Positions 7,439-15,204 of a stretch of 31,629 bases of DNA are shown in pieces. The stretch is taken from positions 1 to 31,629 of the forward strand of contig JBBTTR010000024.1 of NCBI GenBank assembly GCA_038064155.1, written 5' to 3'. A model generated the notes under the pieces. It had not been told where the DNA came from, did not search any database, and was given only the letters and a program-made list of their open reading frames with translations. The DNA comes from Patescibacteria group bacterium (GTDB lineage Bacteria; Patescibacteriota; Minisyncoccia; Phycocordibacterales; UBA2163). Each line of letters starts with the position of its first letter. Position 1 is the stretch's first letter. The translations under genes and the position numbers were made by a program.

Positions 7439-8362
7439 TTATCTCGTGGTGTGTGCTTGGTAGATGTCTTCAACTGCTTTTATGGCGTCGCCTGCTGCTA
7501 TATTATTCTGGTGGTAGAGTTCGTTTGTGACATCTCCAGCTGCCCAGATACCAGAAGTTGATGTCCGCTGGTTCCTAGGGTCTGTGATGATTCTGTTGAA
7601 TTCATCCAATTTTACGACATCTTTCGCAAATTCAGTTGATGGTATAACACCTATTTCTACAAACACGCCATTTGCTGGTATGTCCCTAATCTCTCCTGTT
7701 TTTAAGTCTTTATACGAAATACCCGTTACAAATTTATCGCCTTTTATTTCTGTTATGTCAACTTCTGTAAGTACAGTCATATTAGGATGCGCTGTTATTT
7801 TTTGTACTGTAACAGGGTCTGCTTTACATACTGATTTTCTACACAAGAGTGTTACGCTTTTTGTATATGCGAGAAGTTGCGCCGCTGTTTCAAAACCAGC
7901 ATTTCCACCTCCTATGACTATTACATCCATATTCGCAAAGAGTGGCCCATCACAAGATGCACAATAAGTAAGTCCTTTATTATCAAATTCTTTTGCCCCA
8001 GGGACTGTTAACTTTTTTCTTGTTCCACCCGATGCTATGAGTACATTTTTTCCATTATATTCTTTACCATTTTTTGTTATGGCTGTAAATCCTCCTTCTG
8101 TTTGTACTAATTTCTCAATTCTTTCACCTTCAATAATGTCTACAATATTTTCAGCATACGCATGGAGGTGTTTCTTGAAATTTTCCGCAAGTTTTTTGCC
8201 GGGGATTGAGATTGTCCCTATCCAGTTTTGGATATCTTCTGAAACTACGCTTTGCCCGCCAAATTCGTCCGTTATTAAAATTGTCTTAAGTCGTTTTCGC
8301 GAAGCATAGACTCCGGCGGCGGTCCCCGCGGGCCCGCCGCCAATTATAATTAAATCGTACAT
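7439..8362 (-). CDS. trxB: Thioredoxin-disulfide reductase (TrxB/AhpF C-terminal type)
   Basis: GGGPAG FAD motif, CASCDGPLF redox CxxC, GGGNAG NADPH motif, GIWAAGDVT. Confidence 0.9.
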   Translation of the reverse strand: MYDLIIIGGGPAGTAAGVYASRKRLKTILITDEFGGQSVVSEDIQNWIGTISIPGKKLAENFKKHLHAYAENIVDIIEGERIEKLVQTEGGFTAITKNGKEYNGKNVLIASGGTRKKLTVPGAKEFDNKGLTYCASCDGPLFANMDVIVIGGGNAGFETAAQLLAYTKSVTLLCRKSVCKADPVTVQKITAHPNMTVLTEVDITEIKGDKFVTGISYKDLKTGEIRDIPANGVFVEIGVIPSTEFAKDVVKLDEFNRIITDPRNQRTSTSGIWAAGDVTNELYHQNNIAAGDAIKAVEDIYQAHTTR

Positions 8363-8410
8363 GGTTGTGAATTATGAATTAAAAATAATGAATTATGAGA
8401 CTAAGTATAC

Positions 8411-8441
8411 AAAAAAAAGAACTGGATTTCCAGTTCTTTTT
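8411..8441 (-). terminator. Intrinsic terminator downstream of ftsZ
   Basis: AAAAAGAACTGGA/TCCAGTTCTTTTT stem; 8-nt U-run on the minus strand. Confidence 0.8.
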
Positions 8442-8447
8442 ATTAAT

Positions 8448-9647
8448 TTATTTTATCTTAGATCTTCTTAAGAATGCCGGTACTACGCCCCAATCGTCAT
8501 CGTCATCTTCTTTTTTCTTATTTTCTTCATCAGGTGTTTTTGGAGCAGAAATACCTTTTTCAGACTTTTCATTTAAGTTTATCGCATTAAAGATTTTACC
8601 TCGCACAGAATCTTTATCCATATCTTTTACTTTTGTGTCAATATCTCTCATTGGACCAGATTGAAATAATTGCGGGCTTTTGTGTAATACATTGTCTGGG
8701 AAACCGGTTGCTATAACAGTAACTTTAATTTCATTTTTCTTAATAGAATCATCTTTAATTGCTCCGAATATTACTTTAGCGTGTGGGTCAATTGACTCTG
8801 TTATAATCTTAGCCGCGTCTTGTATTTCAAGCATTCCTAGATCGTCCCCACCCGCAACGGCAAAGAGCACTCCTTTAGCGCCATTAATAGAGACTTCAAG
8901 CAGTGGTGATGAGATAGCCATTCTAGCCGCTTCTTCTGCTCGTTTTTCGCCACCAGCGATACCTATACCCATAAGAGCTGAACCCGCATTTTCCATAATA
9001 GCCCTTATATCCGCAAAATCCACATTGATAATACCTGGTGTTGTTATAAGGTCAGAGATTCCCTCAACTGCTTGAAGTAATATATCGTCTGACATAGCAA
9101 ACGCGCTCTTAACACTCGTGTCTTTATCAACTATTGCCAGTAGTCTATCGTTTGGAATAATCACAAGTGCGTCAACTTCTTTTTTAAGAATTTCAAGTCC
9201 TTTCTCCGCTATCTCCATTCTATATTGTCCTTCAAAAGAAAATGGTTTTGTTACTATTCCAACAGTTAAAGCTCCCGCTTCGCGAGCTATGTTTGCAACC
9301 ACAGAACTTGCGCTACTTCCTGTGCCACCTCCCATACCACATGTTATGAATACCATATCAGAACCTTTTGTGACTTCTTGCAATTCTTCTTTTGTTTCTT
9401 CAGCGGCGCGTCTTCCTATCTCTGGATTCATTCCAGCGCCAAGACCTTTTGTGAGGTTTTTGCCGATGTGGATTTTCTTCTTTGCCTGGGAGTGATGCAA
9501 ATCTTGAGCATCTGTATTAACCGCAATAAACTCAACCCCTTTGATTTTGGAGTTAATCATATGGTTTATGGCGTTACCTCCAGACCCCCCGACACCTATT
9601 ACTCGGATTCTAGCAAAAGATTCTACATCAGGTTTAACTTGTTTCAT
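8448..9647 (-). CDS. ftsZ: Cell division protein FtsZ
   Basis: GVGGSGGNA, NTDAQ, GAGMNP, GMGGGTGS, INVDFAD, C-terminal VPAFLRR. Confidence 0.98.
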   Translation of the reverse strand: MKQVKPDVESFARIRVIGVGGSGGNAINHMINSKIKGVEFIAVNTDAQDLHHSQAKKKIHIGKNLTKGLGAGMNPEIGRRAAEETKEELQEVTKGSDMVFITCGMGGGTGSSASSVVANIAREAGALTVGIVTKPFSFEGQYRMEIAEKGLEILKKEVDALVIIPNDRLLAIVDKDTSVKSAFAMSDDILLQAVEGISDLITTPGIINVDFADIRAIMENAGSALMGIGIAGGEKRAEEAARMAISSPLLEVSINGAKGVLFAVAGGDDLGMLEIQDAAKIITESIDPHAKVIFGAIKDDSIKKNEIKVTVIATGFPDNVLHKSPQLFQSGPMRDIDTKVKDMDKDSVRGKIFNAINLNEKSEKGISAPKTPDEENKKKEDDDDDWGVVPAFLRRSKIK

Positions 9648-9712
9648 ATGTATTTAGTATTAACTAAGTAAGTAAACACTATCATATCAGATAATGTTTA
9701 ACTTGTTAATTC

Positions 9713-9740
9713 TTGACATATTTTGGTATTGTGCTAACCT
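9713..9740 (+). promoter_or_regulatory. Putative sigma70 promoter in the ftsZ-ftsA gap, antisense to fts genes
   Basis: TTGACA (9713-18), 16 nt, TAACCT (9735-40) preceded by TGC. Confidence 0.5.
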
Positions 9741-9818
9741 TTTGACAGATATTTTGTAATTTTTCAGTAAAAATATAAGAAAATAAATTTCAGAAACTTT
9801 TATGAAAGGTGGAAATAG

Positions 9819-10045
9819 ATGAATATGGTAAAATATAATGAAAAAGGTGATATCTGTATAAATGTCTCAAAAAAAAGATAAAAAATTTTAAAAAATTTTG
9901 GTATAATCCAGAGTTTAAAAGTATAATGGTGGCTGGAATCCAATTCCAACCGATGGGCAACAGAATTTACATGTCTCATATTGGAGCCGAATGGAATCGA
10001 CTTCAATACGAAGAAGTGAGAGAAGAGTTGTTAGAATATTTATGA
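9819..10045 (+). pseudogene. Small ORF apparently split by a frameshift in an A8 run
   Basis: SD-like AAAGGTGG at 9805-12; ATG 9819 gives 20 aa then TAA; a second frame is open 9851-10045 (..FWYNPEFKSIMVAGIQFQPMGNRIYMSHIGAEWNRLQYEEVREELLEYL); one extra A at 9869-76 would fuse them into ~75 aa. Confidence 0.4.
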
Positions 10046-10062
10046 GACAAATAAGATATCCT

Positions 10063-10099
10063 TGCTAGAAACAATAATAATTGTTTCTAGCAGTTTTTT
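10063..10099 (+). terminator. Intrinsic terminator on + strand
   Basis: 13-bp stem TGCTAGAAACAAT/ATTGTTTCTAGCA followed by GTTTTTT. Confidence 0.75.
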
Positions 10100-10191
10100 A
10101 TATTTTGGGAACAAAGATTTGAAGCAATACTTACTATACAAACTATGACAAAAAAGGTAGAAAATGAGTATAGCGTTTTCTATCCTTTTTA

Positions 10192-11379
10192 TTATGGTAA
10201 AAATTGCTTAATCCATTGTATTATATTTCCACCAGTATTTTTTGCGAGTTTTACTCCAATTGAATCTTCTTCCGTAGACAGTCCCCAGATACAAAGTCCG
10301 TATGCAACCGCCCATGAAGAATCCCGTACCAGTCCTTGCACCGCTGACGACCCATTATTACCATTACTAAAACCAGCAAAAGTTTTAGAAGGAAGTTTAA
10401 GCGCGGCGCGCGCGAGGTCTTCTATTGTCGCAATACCCGAACCACCACCTGTAATTGTAATACCGGCAGGCAATAGTCCGTTTTTGCCAATCTTTTTTAG
10501 ATGAGCTTCAATTAGTTCAAATATATCAGTAAGTCTTGCTCCCACTATTTCATCAAGCTTTTTTTTTGGAAACTCTGCGCCAGATAAAGCGCCTGTTTTT
10601 ACTCGTTCTGCTTGATCAAGCGGTATTTTGAGTCCCAAAGCTATATCATTTGTTATGTCCGTTCCACCTATTGAAAATATTTTTAGAGATATAGGAATAT
10701 TATTTTCAAACACCACTATTGAAACAGTCTCTGCGCCAATGTTTGCAAGTACAGAACCCGCAACTTTCTGCGCCCTACTTAGTGTGACAAAACTTCCAGC
10801 AAGAGGGGAGGCCATCACATCTTCCACCACAATACCGGCTTCCTCAACTGATGTGATAAGGTCGTTTAGATGTTGCTCAAGACATGTTATAAAAAGCACA
10901 TCAAGCTCAATTTTGCTTCCGCGCATACCTTGAGGTTTACCAAGAACTTTTTGTCCGTCTATTTTGTACTGCAAAGGAATCTCATGTAAAATTTTTCTGT
11001 TTATAATTTTTTGCGCGACTTTTTTCTCACTGTCCTTGATTGCTTTTTCAATATCAAGATCAGTGATTTCAGAATCAGCGCGCGCAACCACGGCGCTACC
11101 TCGTGAATTCACTTCCTCAAGCCCAACGCCGCCTATGGAAATAAACGCTTTTTTGATTTTTATTCCCGCTGACTTTTCAGCTTGAGCTACGGCAGTTTGA
11201 ATACTGCGCACAGTATCATTTTGGTTGATTATATAACCATGTCTTAGACCTTTGGACTGCGCAAAACCAGTACCTATAATTTTAGGTAAATTACCATTCC
11301 AGTTTTTTCCATGCTCCGTTACAATCACCTTAACTTGGTAGGTACCGATATCTATTCCTGTTGTGATGTTACGCGCCAT
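10192..11379 (-). CDS. ftsA: Cell division protein FtsA
   Basis: GIDIGTYQVKV, SKGLRHG.I, ANIGAETVS, IGGTDITNDIA, ITGGGS; start moved to the second Met (MARNITTG), which follows a TATAAT box. Confidence 0.95.
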   Translation of the reverse strand: MARNITTGIDIGTYQVKVIVTEHGKNWNGNLPKIIGTGFAQSKGLRHGYIINQNDTVRSIQTAVAQAEKSAGIKIKKAFISIGGVGLEEVNSRGSAVVARADSEITDLDIEKAIKDSEKKVAQKIINRKILHEIPLQYKIDGQKVLGKPQGMRGSKIELDVLFITCLEQHLNDLITSVEEAGIVVEDVMASPLAGSFVTLSRAQKVAGSVLANIGAETVSIVVFENNIPISLKIFSIGGTDITNDIALGLKIPLDQAERVKTGALSGAEFPKKKLDEIVGARLTDIFELIEAHLKKIGKNGLLPAGITITGGGSGIATIEDLARAALKLPSKTFAGFSNGNNGSSAVQGLVRDSSWAVAYGLCIWGLSTEEDSIGVKLAKNTGGNIIQWIKQFLP

Positions 11380-11433
11380 ATGCACAATTATTATACAATA
11401 CAATGCGCAAAACCACTAAATTTTATATAAAAA

Positions 11434-11820
11434 TTATATTTTAATATACTTTTTCTTTAATTTCTCCTCCTCTTTTTCCATTTTTTCTCCGTGTTTGAAG
11501 CCTTTTAGGTGAAGTAGTCCATGTATGAAAAGATATACTATAAATTCACGCTCTTCCATATTAAATTTTGGTGCGTCACGCTTTGCGATTTCTGGAGATA
11601 TAAATATTTCACCCTCTGTTTTTGAAAGAAGAAAAGTGAGTATATTAGTTGGCTTATCTTTCTTGCGGTACTTTTTATTAAGCGTTTGAGAATATTTATT
11701 TCCAATAAACACGAGACTTAGTTCATAATTTTTACCAAGAACCGCATTTTTCATATGTTCAAAAGGCAAGCCCGCGGGCTTGCCTCTGATTGTTTTTGAG
11801 ATTGTGAATTTATCTGACAT
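11434..11820 (-). CDS. ybeY: rRNA maturation endoribonuclease YbeY
   Basis: LNKKYRKKDKPTNILTF, GEIFIS, HGLLHLKGFKH zinc motif. Confidence 0.9.
   Translation of the reverse strand: MSDKFTISKTIRGKPAGLPFEHMKNAVLGKNYELSLVFIGNKYSQTLNKKYRKKDKPTNILTFLLSKTEGEIFISPEIAKRDAPKFNMEEREFIVYLFIHGLLHLKGFKHGEKMEKEEEKLKKKYIKI
11764..11785. repeat. Perfect 22-bp GC-rich palindrome inside ybeY
   Basis: AGGCAAGCCCG|CGGGCTTGCCT, translated as RGKPAGLP. Confidence 0.9.
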
Positions 11821-11859
11821 TTAGGTTTGACCTAAACAGTGTTTAGGTCAAACCTAAAC
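11820..11859. repeat. Family C REP doublet (two inverted copies, REPIN-like)
   Basis: TTTAGGTTTGACCTAAAC-AGT-GTTTAGGTCAAACCTAAAC fills the rpsU-ybeY spacer. Confidence 0.95.
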
Positions 11860-11867
11860 GACTAATT

Positions 11868-12122
11868 TTATTTTCTCTTTCCAAATCTTCCCGTCTGTTC
11901 CGCTATCTTTCCAAGTTTTATTAGCTCATCACGCTCTGCTCGTTTCCCGATTTTTTTCAATGTTCTCTTTTTTCTTACATATTTTGATTTACATCTTTCG
12001 TAGTATCTTATACCTCGTACACGAGAGAGTATCCCTGACCCGCGCACACGTTTAGTAAACCTTCTTATAAGGCCAGCTGTGTTTTCTTTGTCATTTTTTT
12101 CTACTTGAACATTAATACTCAT
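11868..12122 (-). CDS. rpsU: 30S ribosomal protein bS21-like
   Basis: Basic 84-aa protein, V.VEKND.E....LIRRFTKRV..SGIL......YYE..KS; start set at MSINVQV. Confidence 0.7.
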   Translation of the reverse strand: MSINVQVEKNDKENTAGLIRRFTKRVRGSGILSRVRGIRYYERCKSKYVRKKRTLKKIGKRAERDELIKLGKIAEQTGRFGKRK

Positions 12123-12164
12123 AGTTAGGTAGGATACCACATAGTTTATGCGTTTACAACATTT

Positions 12165-13418
12165 CTAAATATGCATCCCTTTTAAATACAAAGCCAAATC
12201 ATCAACCAGTACAGTATGTTGAAATTGCGTATCCATGTCGCGAACTATTACAGTGCCATCAAGCGCCTCGCGATGTCCCATTATAATCGCATACGGAACC
12301 TCTAAGTATTGCGCGAGAGATAATTGTTCGCTAAGTTTGTCATTGTCTAATGAATGATGTGTATGTATATTGGATTTTCGCAAGACATCGATTATAGGAA
12401 GGCTTTTTCTTTTTGCTTCACGCCCGAGTTGTATAAAGTATATTTTTGGTTTCTTAGCTCTTTTAAGCATTTGCAGTTCTTTTTCTTTGATACCTTTTCT
12501 TTCAAACTCAAATACTATGCCAACTGTTGGTATATCGACATTAAACATGCGTTTCACAAGTTCGTCACATCTGCCACCTTTTGCAACCACGGAAATACCT
12601 TCAGTTTCTTGCGTATTATGTATCTCAAAAAGTGTTTGAGAATAATATTCATTGTTTCCTATGAGGAAATTGTCTATTTCATATGGAATACCGACGGTTT
12701 CCATATATTCAAGAACTTCACTTAGGTGTTTTCTGTTGTTGTCTGATAAAAATTTAATCGGTTGCGGGATATTTTCTCCACTTGAACTGTATCCTTTGTG
12801 AAGTTGGTCATATGCTTTAAAAATATCTTTCTTTACGGACTGTCTTATTTGCGAGGGAACAGAGTTTATATTTTTTCTAAAATATAAGTTAAGCTCATTT
12901 ACAAATTTTAAAGATGAATCTTTATCCCCGATACTATTTATATGTACCTGAATATCTTTAATCCCGATATCTTCTAAAATAGTTGTCGCTGTTTTTATAA
13001 TAAGCGCTTCAGCGATACTTTTTTTCATACCAATCGCAACAAGTCCGAAATGAAATGTTTTTTCTTTTGTTGAATTATTCGCGACGCTACTTTGATGTAT
13101 TAAAATAGGGTGGTCACATGGTAAAAGTTCATTATCAATAACTGTTTTTAAAGCGCAAAAAATTTCGTCACCTGCTGTATCGGTGTTACAAGTTTTCACA
13201 GTCTGTTTGACATATTTTTGGCGGACATTTGGTAAAGGGGCCTTTTTTGTATTTAATAATGCTTCCGCGTCATTTTTTTCTTTCATATCACTATTCCACT
13301 TTTTTTCATGCGCGATTATTTTATCAATACTGTCAAAACCATAACACGATGCAATATTCATTGCTCTTTTCAACAAGTCCGTTGGATTTGTTTTTGAAAG
13401 TGTTTTTGTATATATCAT
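12165..13418 (-). CDS. Degenerate HisRS-like protein with intact-looking C-terminal anticodon-binding domain
   Basis: YGF..I, INSIGD, LVGNN.YY-like IDNFLIGNNEYYSQTLFE, GGRCD, C-terminal IYFIQLG..A..K...LRK...LSEQLSLA....PYAIIMG.RE..DGTVIVRDM; motif-2 FRYERPQ/GRxRQF absent. Confidence 0.75.
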   Translation of the reverse strand: MIYTKTLSKTNPTDLLKRAMNIASCYGFDSIDKIIAHEKKWNSDMKEKNDAEALLNTKKAPLPNVRQKYVKQTVKTCNTDTAGDEIFCALKTVIDNELLPCDHPILIHQSSVANNSTKEKTFHFGLVAIGMKKSIAEALIIKTATTILEDIGIKDIQVHINSIGDKDSSLKFVNELNLYFRKNINSVPSQIRQSVKKDIFKAYDQLHKGYSSSGENIPQPIKFLSDNNRKHLSEVLEYMETVGIPYEIDNFLIGNNEYYSQTLFEIHNTQETEGISVVAKGGRCDELVKRMFNVDIPTVGIVFEFERKGIKEKELQMLKRAKKPKIYFIQLGREAKRKSLPIIDVLRKSNIHTHHSLDNDKLSEQLSLAQYLEVPYAIIMGHREALDGTVIVRDMDTQFQHTVLVDDLALYLKGMHI

Positions 13419-13433
13419 ATTTTTATTAAATAT

Positions 13434-13982
13434 CTACTTACTATAGTCTCCAGGATAGACACTAAACTCGTTTATTGGAAACAGTCTCACGAATGGTTTA
13501 CCAACAATAAATTTATCTTCAAGCGGTCCCCATATTCTTGAATCAGAACTATGTTTTCTATTATCACCAAGGACAAAATATTCGTCGTCTTTCAATGTCA
13601 CGATAAAAGTATCTTCTATACTTTCTTTTATATATGGTTCTTCCACGCCAAAACCTTCAGGGAAATCAGTATTTTTTATAGTTAGTTCCCCAGAGTCCAT
13701 TTTAACTGTTTCATTTGGGAGACCGATGACTCTTTTGATAAAAAATATAGACGTGTCTTTTGGATATTTAAAAATAACCACATCTGCCCGCCGCGGTTTA
13801 CTAAGTCTATAACTCAATTGATCAACTATAAGGTACTCGCTACTATCAAAATTCGGCTGCATTGACGCGCCACTTACGACAAACGGTTGCGCTATAAAGA
13901 TTCGTATCGGAACAACAATTAAAATCGCAATTAGGGAGAATCTAAAAACTTCTTTTAAAAAATTTTCTTTTTTAGGTTCCAT
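13434..13982 (-). CDS. lepB: Signal peptidase I
   Basis: QPFVVSGASMQPNF (Ser), FIKRVIGLP (Lys), GDNRKHSSDSR. Confidence 0.95.
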   Translation of the reverse strand: MEPKKENFLKEVFRFSLIAILIVVPIRIFIAQPFVVSGASMQPNFDSSEYLIVDQLSYRLSKPRRADVVIFKYPKDTSIFFIKRVIGLPNETVKMDSGELTIKNTDFPEGFGVEEPYIKESIEDTFIVTLKDDEYFVLGDNRKHSSDSRIWGPLEDKFIVGKPFVRLFPINEFSVYPGDYSK

Positions 13983-14116
13983 TTACGCACATTGTACTTG
14001 AAATATCGGTTTGACACAATATTTAAAATTGTGTGATATAATTTTGCGCGGTAAAATGTCTTTTCTTGGCGCGACAAAGCGGAGTGAAGAATGGAACTTG
14101 AGGAGCGCAAGACAAA

Positions 14117-14125
14117 TGTTATAAT
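14117..14125 (+). promoter_or_regulatory. Extended -10 (TGTTATAAT) 6 nt before the pth ATG
   Basis: Consensus match with leaderless spacing. Confidence 0.65.
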
Positions 14126-14131
14126 CAATTT

Positions 14132-14719
14132 ATGATTTATATAATTGGACTAGGAAATCCAAGAGAAGAATACGAAAACAACCGTCATAATACTGGAGCT
14201 TTGGCGGTGTGGAACTTTGCGAATAATAATAAATTCGCTCCTTTTGAAATTGATAAGAAATTGAAAGCGCTTGTTTCGTCTGGCAAAATAGGAAAGCGGA
14301 TATTAACACTTATTTTACCGCAGACTTTTATGAATAAATCAGGGTTGTCATTGAAATCTGCAATCACCAATAAAAAGAAAGCGGAGAATTTGGTCGTGAT
14401 TTATGACGACTTGGATATACCGCTTGGTAAGTTTAAAATCTCATATGGACGTGGTTCAGGCGGACACAAAGGCGTAGAGTCAATAGCGCGCTCCATAAAA
14501 ACAAAAGACTTTATTCGTATTCGTGTTGGTATTGCGCCCGCGACACCGTCTGGAAAAGTGAAAAAGCCCAAAGGCGAGCAAAAAATAATAGATTTCATAC
14601 TCGGTGATTTCAAAAAGAAAGATACAGAAAAATTAAAGAAAGTATTTAAAAAAGTTAACGAAGCGCTTGAAGTAATCATTAAAGACGGAAGACAAAAAGC
14701 AATGAACATATATAATTAA
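14132..14719 (+). CDS. pth: Peptidyl-tRNA hydrolase
   Basis: IIGLGNP...Y..NRHNTG, PQTFMNKSG, YDDLD, GSGGHKG, RIRVGI. Confidence 0.95.
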   Translation: MIYIIGLGNPREEYENNRHNTGALAVWNFANNNKFAPFEIDKKLKALVSSGKIGKRILTLILPQTFMNKSGLSLKSAITNKKKAENLVVIYDDLDIPLGKFKISYGRGSGGHKGVESIARSIKTKDFIRIRVGIAPATPSGKVKKPKGEQKIIDFILGDFKKKDTEKLKKVFKKVNEALEVIIKDGRQKAMNIYN

Positions 14720-14743
14720 AAAATTCGCCGAAACTGAGTCTCA
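14719..14743 (+). repeat. 25-bp direct repeat, copy 1 (contains GAAAC-TGA-GTCTC)
   Basis: AAAAATTCGCCGAAACTGAGTCTCA vs AAAAATCCGCCGAAACTGAGTTTCA at 15115-15139, 2 mismatches. Confidence 0.8.
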
Positions 14744-14797
14744 ACTAAGAGGATAACTTTAGTATTGTTTGCTTGTATTATTTGATATAATTTCATC

Positions 14798-15070
14798 ATG
14801 AAAAAAGAACCAAAAATCACAAACGAAGACCTTGCTATGATGATTAAAAACAATGTGGTGGACAAAATGGCAACTAAAGAAGATTTAAGCGGGGTCAAAG
14901 AAGATTTAAGCGGGGTTAAAAAAGATTTACGCGCGATATCTGGCAAAGTTGATGACATAGACAAAAATGTTAAAGAAATAAATATGAAACTCCACGATAT
15001 AGGGGAGTCTGTTCACGGCGAACACAGGCGGAGAATTGAACGATTAGAAGAAGCCGTATTTGAAAAATAA
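14798..15070 (+). CDS. Small coiled-coil protein with heptad tandem repeat
   Basis: ATKEDLSGV-KEDLSGV-KKDLRAI; 21-bp DNA tandem at 14876-14929; TGATATAAT 6 nt before ATG. Confidence 0.8.
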   Translation: MKKEPKITNEDLAMMIKNNVVDKMATKEDLSGVKEDLSGVKKDLRAISGKVDDIDKNVKEINMKLHDIGESVHGEHRRRIERLEEAVFEK

Positions 15071-15081
15071 AAATGTAAAAC

Positions 15082-15114
15082 ATAATCCGCCAATGGCTTT
15101 CCTTGACGGATTAT
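15082..15114. terminator. Hairpin after the small ORF (probable terminator)
   Basis: ATAATCCG..CAA...TTG..CGGATTAT imperfect stem directly after the stop. Confidence 0.5.
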
Positions 15115-15142
15115 AAAAATCCGCCGAAACTGAGTTTCAGCG
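15115..15142 (+). repeat. 25-bp direct repeat, copy 2 / palindrome CGCCGAAAC-TGA-GTTTCAGCG
   Basis: See 14719-14743; core resembles family B GAAAC-TTA-GTTTC. Confidence 0.8.
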
Positions 15143-15204
15143 AGAGTTTAGTTATCAACCGCAAAGAGATTTAATAAATAGATTATACATGATAACATAT
15201 AAGT

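Noticed and set aside
7359-7561. TGGTATAAT box after family B copy 1 and ORF 7367-7561
   Set aside because: The ATG lies inside the -10 box and the ORF is mostly antisense to trxB. An orphan or antisense promoter is possible but unsupported.
8315-8341. GC-rich hairpin GGCGGCGG...CCGCCGCC in trxB
   Set aside because: Explained by the GGGPAGTAAG FAD-binding motif and GCG/GGC codon use.
14034-14115. Second extended -10 and a weak GTCTT..GCGC/GCGC..AAGAC stem upstream of pth as a small RNA
   Set aside because: Pairing is short and ambiguous, with no recognisable RNA family motif.
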